In this document: piece after piece, positions 13,398 through 25,800 of the stretch | How positions within the stretch are numbered: the first letter of the stretch is position 1 | Layout: each line of letters starts with the position of its first letter | Origin: Mobula hypostoma | Taxonomy: Eukaryota | Assembly (NCBI RefSeq): GCF_963921235.1 | Contig: NC_086097.1 | Location: 99,016,001 to 99,080,000 of the forward strand | DNA: 64,000 nucleotides | Reading direction: 5' to 3' | Made by a program: the position numbers and the translations under genes | Notes under the pieces: model-generated | What the model saw: only the letters and a program-made list of their open reading frames with translations | Databases searched by the model: none | What the model was told of the DNA's origin: nothing

Positions 13398-13760
13398 AAT
13401 TATACACCAATATTTTGAATGCTCCTCCAAGAAACCCACAACCTTGTCATGGTCTGGAGGCCCATGTGTCTCACTGGCCCCGAGGGCTATGTTGGCTGGA
13501 GTTAGGATCTTGGTAGGGTCACCCATGCCAATCAGGTCAAAGGGTAGAGGCCATACCAAGAGTGGTCCACCAGTCCTCCAGGTTTGTGAGCTCAGCTCAG
13601 GGCTAACAAGCCTGACTGGTCAAACAAAACTGTTATAGAAACAGCAATGAAGAGTACTCTTACATCTGAGTGTGATGGACCAAGGACAGGCAGACATGGA
13701 GGACCTTCATTACTGCCCTCAACATCAGTGGCATAACAGGCAGTAAGTATGTAAGTAATT
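13398..13760 (+). mobile_element. Short interspersed element, possibly RTE-derived, with a (TAAG)-like tail
   Basis: accttgtcatgg...ggtagggtcacccatg resembles RTE 5' ends; tail gtaagtatgtaagtaa. Family assignment is tentative. Confidence 0.45.
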
Positions 13761-15154
13761 TTGAATGCTAAGGTCAACTTAGCTCAAGATTCAACTGGAT
13801 TTTCTCTGTACTTTCCCTTTCTATATCTGAAGATTATGCTGAACTGCCCCTTGCCTTTTAATTTACCAATAAAAATCATCTCAGTTACTTCAACATTAAC
13901 AAGGACTTCAGTGTAGCAAAACATCCTAAAGTGCATCAAAGTGTCAATGAAATCAAGTGCAGAAAGCAATCTGCTGGAGGAAATGAGGGGGTCTGGCAGC
14001 ATCTGTGCAGACAAAGGATGGTTGATGTTTTGGGTCAAGACTGTGCATCATGGCTGAGAGTGTGTAGGGTAGAATGCTGGTATAAAGAGGTGAGAGGGAA
14101 GGGTGAGAAATGGGTGGATCCAGGTACAGAAAGATTAATGGACATATGGGGTGGAGATGGCCACAGAGACTGGCTCTATCCACTCAACACTCTCAGTCCT
14201 AAAGCAGTCTTGACCCAAATGCTGACCCTTTCTTCCTGACCCAGAGTTCCTGCAGCTGCTGGCTTTCCACTCTGGATTCCAGCAGCCCCAGTCCTTTGTG
14301 TCTCAATTAAATCAGGTCAGTCTGCATTCACTTCGGTTGATGGACTGAATGGCCTAATTCTGCTCTTCTGTCTTATAACATCAAAGGGGATATGTGAAAG
14401 TCTAGAGAGGACACAGAGAAGCCTAATGGATCCAGGAATAAGGAGCTTGGATTATCAGGTTAGACATGGCTAAACTGGGGTTCCTTCAGGTTCTCATAGC
14501 TGGGGGGGGAGGGTTCATGAGGGGTTGGTGGTGGAGTATTGGGGATCAACTCCAACTATCTAGTAAATGCTCCCAATGGCGTGTGTCTCAAATAACCTCT
14601 GACAACCAAGTCCAGCTCCTGGCCTTTGTGCATGGCTTATCTAGAGCCAGGCAGAGCTGTTTGTACTGACAGGAGAAGGGCCAAAGGCTTAAAGCCATTC
14701 ACTTCGGGCAGATGGTTGGCAGCTTATCCGGGAGAAGGAAAACTCTGATCTCAGACCTCTGCTGCCCTGTGGCCATACCCTTCATGGGGAAGGCTTGGGG
14801 AGTGAATCCCAGGGAAAAGTCTGAAGCTGGAATCCCGAAGGCAGTCCTACGTTGAGTTCAACGCTGACTCGTAGCTCCTGTAATGCCACTGGTCTCTGCC
14901 CTTGTTTTGGATTCTTCAGCTGAAGTGGGGGCGGGCGGGGGGTAATGTCAGTTGCATGATTAACTGCTTGCTCTCCATATCGTACTGCCCTGGCTTGCGT
15001 ATCGAACGTGGACAGCTGGGACACAGCATTCATTGTTGACCCTGACCAGTAGGGGGCCTAGGTTAAACTAGGGCAATCAAAGGGGCTCCAGAGAAGATAT
15101 GACAGAGGTGGTAAAGATCATGGCAGGTCTAGACTCACGTGGCGAGGATAGAGA

Positions 15155-15380
15155 CTCATGTCTCTACCAAAGGAGGTGTAAGGAGTTCCTTCCCTCCGCT
15201 AGCCTGCAGGTATCCCTTGGCAAGGTGTAGCCCTGCCCTCCCATCCTATGAGCAGCCGGTGCCTAGCACACATCCTAGTTATGTGACCACTGGCGCCAGG
15301 CAGATGATCTCCGAGGGGTCTTGATAAAGACCATGATCGGCCACGTCATATGACACAGCACACGATTATGATGATGATGA
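15155..15380 (+). mobile_element. Internally deleted copy of the 4475-4875 repeat
   Basis: Shares ctaccaaaggaggtgtaagg...gctagcctgcagg and gaccatgatcggccacgtcatatgacacagcac. Confidence 0.75.
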
Positions 15381-16394
15381 AACAGAGAAAAATTGTTCAC
15401 ATCAGCAAATGATTCAACCTTAGTGAATGCAATTTCAAAATATGGACAGAAATAGTTAGTGTGGGTAGGGTTATGAGGGGAAACAGGAGGGACAATCAAA
15501 GGAGAGGACATGGATCAAACAATCGTCACATTGGAAATAATTTTATGTTATTTAAAGGTGGGTTGATGTTCAGGTTGTAACCTTGGCAACATGGAAATTT
15601 CCTTTAGGATCAATAAAGTATCAATCTATCTGTGCAGGAGAACTGCAGACAGATCTGATCAGATGAAGCCTGACTCCTTCAGTGGGTCACTGTAGTGAGT
15701 TGTGCTCAGAACCAGGGTTAGCAATAATTGCATGGGAAATAACATTACAAATACTGTTCAGAGATAAAAACCTTGTAAGATTGTAAAAGTATAACAACTA
15801 TGTCATGACATACAATCCTACAACATCCAGATGAAGGGTCTTGACCCAAACTGTTGACTGTTCATTTCCCTCCACAGACGCTGCCTGATGTATTGATTCC
15901 TCCAGTAATTTGTTTTCTTTTTTCTCTAGATTTCAGCATCTGCAGTCTTTGATGTCTCTTATTTCATTTGATTCCTTTGTAGTTTCTTTTTGGTGATATT
16001 ATCTCTAGTGTTTCAAATTATATTGAAATGTTTACTTGGTTTTGATAAGGGTTGTGGTGCCCTCCCTGAACAGGCTGAGCCTGAGGGGTGTAAGGGAGCA
16101 CTACCCGTGGAAACATTGAGTGTTGGATAGGGATCAGTGCAGGTGGAAACACACTCTGCAGTTTCGTTTCAGACTAAAAGCTGCACCGATACAGTGAGTA
16201 AATGGGAAAAACAACCTGGGCCACGATGGGGATCAGAGCTGAGCTATCAGCTACTGAAACCACTGCTGCTGCTTTGCACATCAGGAAGCACCCGATCAGT
16301 AATTTGTTCCTAAGGCTTGAGCAAAGCTTGATGGTTGTTGTGTGAATGCAGCTGTTTATAATTCTATACTGCTCGGTCTTTCAACAATACCATC

Positions 16395-16580
16395 TGCAAT
16401 GCTACAACACCACCAACAATGCTGCAACACCTACGATGCTGTAACATCACCTACAACGCTACAACACCGCTTACAACACAATAACACCACCTACAATGCT
16501 ACAACACCTACGACACTACAACACCACCTACAATGCTACAACACCACCTACAACACTACAACAGCAGCTACAATGCAACA
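16395..16580. repeat. Degenerate C/A-rich tandem repeat (ctacaacac / ctacaatg)
   Basis: Read directly. Confidence 0.85.
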
Positions 16581-16759
16581 ATGCTTCCGATGTCCATCCA
16601 GTTATGCACAAGCTACTAACACTTTTCCCTTGTATTAACCTGCCTCATACTCCTGCCCAGTGACTGTTACCCTTGCAGACAAACTCTACTCCTGCTTCAC
16701 TGTGAGATATTTATCCTCTATAAATAACAGATCATACCACTGATAGGTCAGAGATACTT

Positions 16760-17135
16760 CATCATCGTCGTTCTATACCGTATTGTATGACATGGTGATC
16801 ATGGTCTCCATGACCTTGAATGTTCTTGGCAAATTTTTGTACACTAGCTGTTTGCCATTGCCTTCTTCTGGGCAGTGTCTTTACAAGATGGGTGACCACA
16901 ACCTTTATCAATACTCTTCCGTGATTGTCTGCCTGCCGTCAGTGGTTGCGTAACCATGATGTGATATGGAGTAGCTGCTCATATGACCATCCACCACCTC
17001 CCAGGGCTTCACATGACCCTGATCAGGGTCTAAGCAAGTGTTACACCTTGCACAAAGGGTGACCTGCAGGCTAGCCAAACCAAGGAGCATTTTACACCTT
17101 CTTTAGGGAAGACGTACCTCCATCCCACCATCCAC
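16760..17135 (-). mobile_element. Inverted copy of the 4475-4875 repeat
   Basis: ccattgccttcttctgggcagtgtctttacaagatgggtgacc and gggtgacctgcaggctagc are reverse complements of copy 1. Confidence 0.75.
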
Positions 17136-17289
17136 AGAGATATTTACCCCATCATAATAGCCCAATTTGTTCAACTATCCGGTTTTACCCCACATCAGGC
17201 CAGGCCTAAAAGAAAAGGATGAACAATGCACTATCTTAGTAGCTAAAATATAAAAACAGCAGAGGTCTAAAGATCTTTGTGGGTGCATT

Positions 17290-17810
17290 CACACAGATCA
17301 TTAAATTATCATGGTCCAGAATTTAAAGCTAATGGAAAATTGGCCTTTAAATCCAAGGAATGAAGAAGTTATTTTCTTGCTGTGTATAGTCCTGCATTAC
17401 TGTGAAGTGTTCTGGGAACCATATCTCGGAAATACGGTACTGGATGCAGAGGGGGTGTGGGGTAGATCAGCCAGAGTGCTGCACGGTTAAGAGAGAGATC
17501 GCATAAACTGGAAACAAACTCCTTGGAATTTAGAAAGGTAAGGGGTAATTCAATTTAAGTTTTCAAAAACGTTACGGAAAAATGAGGATGCAGAGAGGAA
17601 ACCATTGCTGCTGGTTGGGGGTATTGCCAGGTCTCTCAGGACTAGTGTTCAGAAGCGTTTCTGAAAACTGAGTGTGGTGAAAATTCAGAGCACTCTTGCA
17701 AGTGATAACTGATGCCAGGTTAATTAAAACCTGCGATTGATAGTTCTTGTTAACTAAAGATAATAAGGATTTGACAGAAAGGTGTTGTATTGCGCTATGT
17801 CACATATCAG
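17290..17810 (+). mobile_element. Old CR1 3' fragment
   Basis: aaagctaatggaaaattggcctt...ccttggaatttagaaagg aligns by eye with the CR1 3' region. Confidence 0.65.
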
Positions 17811-19109
17811 GTAGGATTCCTGAAGACAAGTAACATTGTATTTCAAACTATTGCTCTGCCTGGTAACACTGGAACAATATCTCAACCTAACACACATGGT
17901 ACTTTAAACCCACTATAACCAATTCAGATCTGGTTAGCAAGAAAAATACACAAAAACACTGTTAACGTGCAAAAGCAGATGTTAACCCACAAACGCTAAA
18001 TGCAATATTACAAATAGTGGAAAAACACTCCCGGAAATATTCAGCAAGTCAGGCAGCATCAGTGATGAGTAAAGGTAAGAGAACATTTCTGGTCAATCTC
18101 TCTTAATCACACATTGCTCTAGTCTGTGTGAGGAGTGGCGCCTCACACAGACTTCCAACTTGCGCCTTGTAAGGCATGAAAATGCCCGACGCAGACCTGT
18201 CATGGTCTGAGTCGATGTTCCCTCCCTCTCTCGTTTCACCAGAACTAGTAACAGATGATTCCTCTCATGCTGATTATTTCCAGCACTTCTGGCTTTATTT
18301 CAGAATTGTAGCATCTGCACTCATTCAATTTTCAGTAAATGCAATGTTATGTTACTTACCATTTTTCCACAGAAATAATTTGGAAATCAATGAATCATGA
18401 GTGTATTTTTAACTGAGTTTGCACCAGTTTAAGAAAAAAACACCCCATATGTTTGAAGATCAATTCATCTCAGCAAGCCAGTTTGTACTATATGGACAAG
18501 TACCACACTATTCATGTGAATCTGAAACAGTGAGGCTATCCCAAGACCTTACCAATTTTGTGAACATCAGGAGATGTCTTTGTGCACTGGAAAATGCAAG
18601 GTGAATTGATGGGCAGGCCTGCTGGTGAATCATGGACCCGGGATGGAATTGATGGGGCAACTGTCTCACCCAATTGTGCTCACTAACCAGGCAGAAAGAA
18701 AAGCCACAGAAAGGCAGGTGGCCAGCAGACTAAGTGACATCGGAGCAAGAGAGGCCTGGAGAGGGATTATTTGTTCAACACAACCATTAAAATTGGGAAG
18801 GCCACCAGGGAGAGATCAGCAGACTTACTAATAGTGTCACTGTTATTTATTACTTGGCTTGTTCGTCAGGAAAAGTTGTACTCCTTCAATGGAAAAAAGG
18901 CAGCAGTGTGGTTTGTTTGCTTCAACCTTCATCTAGATTTGTGAAGTAAGTACAGTATTCATATGAAGTCATCAAATAGATCTGATCAGCAGACTGTGGA
19001 TACATGACAGAAACAGGGTACTCCACCATCTAGATCATTGAGCACCACTGATATAATCAAGGCAACATCCAAAGCAAACGCTGCACACACAAACACACAG
19101 GAATAAGCC

Positions 19110-21400
19110 ATTGCACTCCAAGGCAAGCCTGATGCACTGTTTAATGAGGCAGTTCGATTGCAACCTTAGCTTCCTGTCAATCAACCACTTGCTTATCAGT
19201 GTATCTCTCTGCACCTTAAATAAATTTAAAAACTCTGCTTCCACCAGTCTTTCATAATGAGATTTCCAAAGAGTAAGGGTGCCCCACGAGAAAAAAAGTT
19301 TTGCCTCATTTGTGAGCAGGCCCTCATATTTAAATAGTCATCCTGAATTCAAGGTTTTCCCTTGAGAAAACAACATCTTCACATTTTCCTGTCCAGTGGG
19401 CAAGTGGGACTGACCAGCACGGATATGCTGGGCCAAAGGGCATGTTACTGTGTTGTATTACTCTATGACCCTCAGGATCTCACATGCCTCATTCACCTCT
19501 CCCCTTTACTCTTCTGATCTACAGTCGATACAAGCCTACTCTGTTGTGAGAATGAACCCAGTAAACCTCGGAATTGCTCCCAACATCGTTCTTTAAATAA
19601 GGAGATCAATACCCTACACAGTGCTCCAGGCGTGATCTCTCTCATGTCCTTCTTACTTTTGTATTCAGTTCCTCTTTCAATGAACAATCACGTTTTGTTG
19701 ACTTTCCAAATTATCCATTTCTAATTCCTCTTTATCTCGTACAATAAGATGGAACCTTGACCTCTCAATCTAACCATGTTCTCTATCACCTTGCACTTTA
19801 TTATTTACCTGTGCTTTCTCAGTAGCTTTCACACTTTATTGTTATTGCCTTTACCTTCTTCTACTTCAATGCACATTATAGACTCCAGATTCAAGATTAT
19901 TTAATGTTATTTCCAGTACACAGGAAGTTTGTTACTCAGGATCCAATGCAGCACAAAAAAACACCCAATAACTAAAGATAAGTATAAACACTCACAAATA
20001 TACACACTTACAAATAAATATATAGATAGGTAGGTAGACAGATAGATAGATAGAGATATATAGATTGAATGCATGTTGATAAACTGAGGCTAAGCCCAGG
20101 ACTGTGGAAACATAATGAGCCTCTGACAGGAAATATGAAGTAGTGGTGATGGGGGTGGGAGGTGGTGGTGTGGAGGGGTGGGTTTGTGGGTGAAGGTGTT
20201 ACCACTTGGGGAAAGTAACAGTTTTTGAGTCTGGTGGTCCTGGTGTGGATGCTACGTAGCCTCCCCCCTGACAGTCCATGTGCAGGGTGGGTAGGGTCCT
20301 TCATGAAGCTACTGGCCCTCTTCTGGCAGCCTTCTGTGTGTATGTTCTTGATGATTTGATCTGTATGAACAGTATGCAAGATAAGCTTTTCACTGTATCA
20401 CGGTATAGCACATGCAACAATAATAAACAAATGCCAATACTTGTAAAACCTATATTCCTGCCTTTTTGCAAATCAAGCATTAGGCCACCCAGATCCCTTT
20501 GCATCTCAACAACCTCTCATCATTTAAATAAGAAGCATCCTTATAATTTCTCTGTCAAAATACACAATTTCATATGTCCCCAAGTTATGCTCCATTTGTT
20601 AGATCTATGACCACTCACATGATCTGTCTATATCTCTCTGAAGCCCCCTTATAACTTAGTTTGCCTTTGTGTCATTAGCAGACAAAATGGCATATCTTTG
20701 TGCCCTCATCCAAGTCACTTACATAAATTGGAAAAGGTTGAAGTCCCTGTTCTGATCGTTATGGTGTGGCATTTTACCAACCCAGAAAAAGATCCATTTA
20801 CACTCTCTATTTCCTGTTTGCAGCCAATCTCCTGCTTACAGCAATGTTAACTCAAATACCTTGAGCTTTCATTTTCCATAATATCAACCAGTGTAGCACC
20901 TTAGAAAATGCATTTTAGAAATCTAAAATACATCCACAAATTCCCCTTCATCCACAGCACATTGCTGGTTCAAAGACCTCCCGTACACTGGTCAAGCATG
21001 ATTGCTTTTTCACAATACTATCATGACTTTGCTTGAGCTGCGTTCACCAGGAACTTTGATGTGTGTTGCTTGAATTTCCAGCATCTGCAGAATTCCTCGT
21101 GTTTATGACTTTGCTTGATTATTTTGTATTTTTTCTAAGTGTTTGATACAACGTCAGTATTCACAGCTTTGAATATTTTCTCAGTGACCTGAAGTTTCCT
21201 GCACTTTTAATAAAATAATTGAGTAAAGATTGCTTTCTTCCAAATTAATGGAACCTTTGCCAAATGTGGGGAAGTTTGAAACATCAAAACCCTCAACACA
21301 TCTACTACCTTGCTCAGCACTCATTTAAGACTAGGGTGAAGTTCATCACTATTCAGAGATTTGTCAGCTTATGGTTCCAATAATTTGCTAGGTACTACTT
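19110..21400 (-). mobile_element. Old CR1 fragment interrupted by Rex-type (~19745-20435) and other insertions
   Basis: Reverse-complement similarity to CR1 RT/3' region; Rex-like peptide RASSFMKDPTHPAHGL in ORF 20008..20379. Confidence 0.6.
21037..21104 (+). mobile_element. 68-bp truncated retro-insertion (same repeat family as 44284-44379) with a 14-bp TSD
   Basis: Perfect duplication ATGACTTTGCTTGA at 21023-21036 and 21105-21118. Confidence 0.8.
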
Positions 21401-22825
21401 GCTGGTGTTGTAATTTCCTCAAGAGCTTTTCTCCCAATTGTTGATTTACAACTATTTGGGAAACATTGCTTGAATCCATCGTAGTGTTATTATCTGTTAT
21501 CTGTTTACATTCTTAGTTAGCCTTGTATTTCACTCTGAGTTTTCCTTTATTATGAATCCTTTCAGAATTTGTTCCTGTATTTTGTATTCTGTACAATTTT
21601 GTCACTTATTTACACAATTATACTAATTACACAACCGTGTATAATTTTTTAAGTCTGATTATAATTTATCAGATGGGCACTACATGGACAATTTTAACAG
21701 TCGCTTCCTTCTCCGTTAGACATGTTCTCCAATCATTGGGCATGGGGTAGAATTTCAAGGCTGGACTGAAAACAATTATCCTGATGATGTCTGGGGTTTA
21801 GAGTCCATGACATAAAGTCATTTTGATTGTCTCTGGAAGGGGAAGAATGAGCTCAGCTTCTATCAACAGGAGAGCACACACAAAGAAGATCTGTGAACAC
21901 CGAAGATTAGAACAAAACAAATTGCTGTCCATACTCAGCAGGTCAGGCTGCATCTGTGGGAAGAGAAACAGAATTAATGTCAGGACGAAGACTCTGTTTG
22001 ATTTGTTTCTCTTCCCACAGATGCAGACTGTCCTGCAGAGTATGCTTGGTATTTTCTTCCTTTAACCTGCGTCTCTATGATGGGAAAGAATTTCTAGGAT
22101 GAAGATAACGGCCCCTTTGTTGCACACAAGAGGGAGAAAAGAGCAGTGAACAATTCTCTGTGATGTGATTGCACTGGAGAGGTGCAAAGGTGACTCGGAA
22201 CCTGGGATAGAAAGTTTCAGCTGTGAGGAGAGAATTGATGGCTGGGATTGCTTTCCTTGGAGTGGAGCAGTTTGATGGTTAGATCTGATAGATGTGGTAA
22301 AAATTATGAAGGGCATTGTGATGTGAGTCCTTGACAAGGATGGCTTGAAATGCTGGAATATCTGAGGCTAGGATCGAAACACGGTATGAAACTGGATGGA
22401 GAACTGAGCACAAAACAAAACGGCAGATGATATTGCTGGTTGGGCTTACCATTGAGCACTGAGGCTCTGTTCAGGTGCTCCTAAGATACTCAGTTCTTGG
22501 CTCCCAAAACATGATTGCCAGTTAGTGGGACTGTCCTGATTCATTAAAGGGAATGCACCTGCTATTTATACTCCAGAGAGTTGGAGCATCTGTACCTGGG
22601 AAGCTGGCATGGGTGGGTATGTCTTGTAACAAGATCCTCTCCCCTACAAACGACTCCTGGCTGCTTGGAGAGATGGTGTTGGTAACCGTGGATGAGAACC
22701 GGATCCGAGACTCTCTTTCAGGCACCCAGCACCTTTCCTTGGGTCCAAATCTCTTCCAGGTATTGCCAATCACCCTAAACTGTTTGAGGGTCCAAAAGTC
22801 CTCACCATGAAGACCTGTTCCCAAA

Positions 22826-25800
22826 TGATGGGGTCTGTATTTCTGTTATGGGGAAGTGGAGGTCTGTGTTTCTCTTATGGTGAGACTGAGGTCTGTGTTT
22901 CTGCTATGTGAGGACAGTTCTGTGTTTCTGCTATGGGGAGACTGGGTTCTGTGTTTCTGCTAAGGGGAGACTAGGGTCTGTGTTTCTGTTATGGGGAGAC
23001 TGGGGTCTGTGTTTCTGTTATGGGGAGACTGAGGTCTGTGTTGTTATTATAGGGAGACTGAGATTTGTGTTTCTGCTCTGGGGAGACTGAGATTTGTGCT
23101 TCTGTTATGGGGAGGCTGAAGTCTTTGTCTCACTGTGATTGGGAGACTGATAACTGTTTCTGCTATGGGGAAAATGAGGTCTGTGTTTCTGTTTTGGAGC
23201 GATTGAGGTCTGTGTTTCTGTTGTGGAGAGACTGATGTCTGTGTTTTTCAGTGATGGGGAGCCTGAGGTCTGTGTTCTGGTATGGGGAGCCTGAGGTCTG
23301 TGTTTCTGATATGGGGAGACTGGGGTCTGTGTTTCTCTGTGATGGGGAGACTGAGGTATGTGCTTATGTAATGGGAAGACTGGGGTCTGTGTTTCTGTTA
23401 TGGGGAGACTGGGGTCTGTGTTTCTTCTCTGGGGAGACTGGGGTCTGTGTTTCTGTTATGGGGAGACTGAGGTCTGTGTTGCTATTATAGGGGGACTGAG
23501 ATTTGTGTTTCTGCTCTGGGGATATTGAGGTCTGTGTTTCTATTATGGGGAGACTGGGGCCTGTGTTTCTATTGTGGGGTGACTGAGATCTCCGTTTCTA
23601 TTGTGGGGTGACTGAGATCTCTGTTTCTGCTATGGGGAGACTGAGGTCTGTGTTTCTCTGTGATGTGGAGACTGAGGTCTGTGTTTCTCTGTGATGGGGA
23701 GACTGAGGTATGTGCTTATGTAATGGGAAGACTGAGGTCTGTGTTTCTGCTCTGGGGAGACTGAGATTTGTGTTTCTGCTCTGGGGAGACTGAGGTTTGT
23801 GTTTCTGTTATGGGGAGGCTGAGGTCTTTGTCTCACTGTGATTGGGTGACTGATAACTGTTTCTGCTATGGGGAAAATGAGGTCTGTGTTTCTGTTTTGG
23901 AGCGATTGAGGTCTGTGTTTCTGTTGTGGAGAGACTGATGTCTGTGTTTTTTCAGTGATGGGGAGCCTGAGGTCTGTGTTCTGGTATGGGGAGCCTGAGG
24001 TCTGTGTTTCTGATATGGGGAGACTGGGGTCTGTGTTTCTCTGTGATGGGGAGACTGAGGTATGTGCTTATGTAATGGGAAGACTGGGGTCTGTGTTTCT
24101 GTTATGGGGAGACTGGGGTCTGTGTTTCTTCTCAGGGGAGACTGGGGTCTGTGTTTCTGTTATGGGGAGACTGAGGTCTGTGTTGCTATTATAGGGGGAC
24201 TGAGATTTGTGTTTCTGCTCTGGGGATATTGAGGTCTGTGTTTCTATTATGGGGAGACTGGGGCCTGTGTTTCTATTGTGGGGTGACTGAGATCTCCGTT
24301 TCTATTGTGGGGTGACTGAGATCTCTGTTTCTGCTATGGGGAGACTGAGGTCTGTGTTTCTCTGTGATGGGGAGACTGAGGTCTGTGTTTCTCTGTGATG
24401 GGGAGACTGAGGTATGTGCTTATGTAATGGGAAGACTGAGGTCTGTGTTTCTGCTCTGGGGAGACTGAGATTTGTGTTTCTGTTATGGGGGAGACTGAGG
24501 TTTGTGTTTCTATTATGGGGAGGCTGAGGTCTTTGTCTCACTGTGATTGGGTGACTGATAACTGTTTCTGCTATGGGGAAAATGAGGTCTGTGTTTCTGT
24601 TTTGGAGCGATTGAGGTCTGTGTTTCTGTTGTGGAGAGACTGATGTCTGTGTTTTTTCAGTGATGGGGAGCCTGAGGTCTGTGTTCTGGTATGGGGAGCC
24701 TGAGGTCTGTGTTTCTGATATGGGGAGACTGGGGTCTGTGTTTCTCTGTGATGGGGAGACTGAGGTATGTGCTTATGTAATGGGAAGACTGGGGTCTGTG
24801 TTTCTGTTATGGGGAGACTGGGGTCTGTGTTTCTTCTCTGGGGAGACTGGGGTCTGTGTTTCTGTTATGGGGAGACTGAGGTCTGTGTTGCTATTATAGG
24901 GGGACTGAGATTTGTGTTTCTGCTCTGGGGATATTGAGGTCTGTGTTTCTATTATGGGGAGACTGGGGCCTGTGTTTTTATTGTGGGGTGACTGAGATCT
25001 CCGTTTCTATTGTGGGGTGACTGAGATCTCTGTTTCTGCTATGGGGAGACTGAGGTCTGTGTTTCTCTGTGATGTGGAGACTGAGGTCTGTGTTTCTCTG
25101 TGATGGGGAGACTGAGGTATGTGCTTATGTAATGGGAAGACTGAGGTCTGTGTTTCTGCTCTGGGGAGACTGAGATTTGTGTTTCTGTTATGGGAGAGAC
25201 TGAGGTTTGTGTTTCTATTATGGGGAGGCTGAGGTCTTTGTCTCACTGTGATTGGGTGACTGATAACTGTTTCTGCTATGGGGAAAATGAGGTCTGTGTT
25301 TCTGTTTTGGAGCGATTGAGGTCTGTGTTTCTGTTGTGGAGAGACTGATGTCTGTGTTTTTTCAGTGATGGGGAGCCTGAGGTCTGTGTTCTGGTATGGG
25401 GAGCCTGAGGTCTGTGTTTCTGATATGGGGAGACTGGGGTCTGTGTTTCTCTGTGATGGGGAGACTGAGGTATGTGCTTATGTAATGGGAAGACTGGGGT
25501 CTGTGTTTCTGTTATGGGGAGACTGGGGTCTGTGTTTCTTCTCAGGGGAGACTGGGGTCTGTGTTTCTGTTATGGGGAGACTGAGGTCTGTGTTGCTATT
25601 ATAGGGGGACTGAGATTTGTGTTTCTGCTCTGGGGATATTGAGGTCTGTGTTTCTATTATGGGGAGACTGGGGCCTGTGTTTCTATTGTGGGGTGACTGA
25701 GATCTCCGTTTCTATTGTGGGGTGACTGAGATCTCTGTTTCTGCTATGGGGAGACTGAGGTCTGTGTTTCTCTGTGATGGGGAGACTGAGGTCTGTGTTT

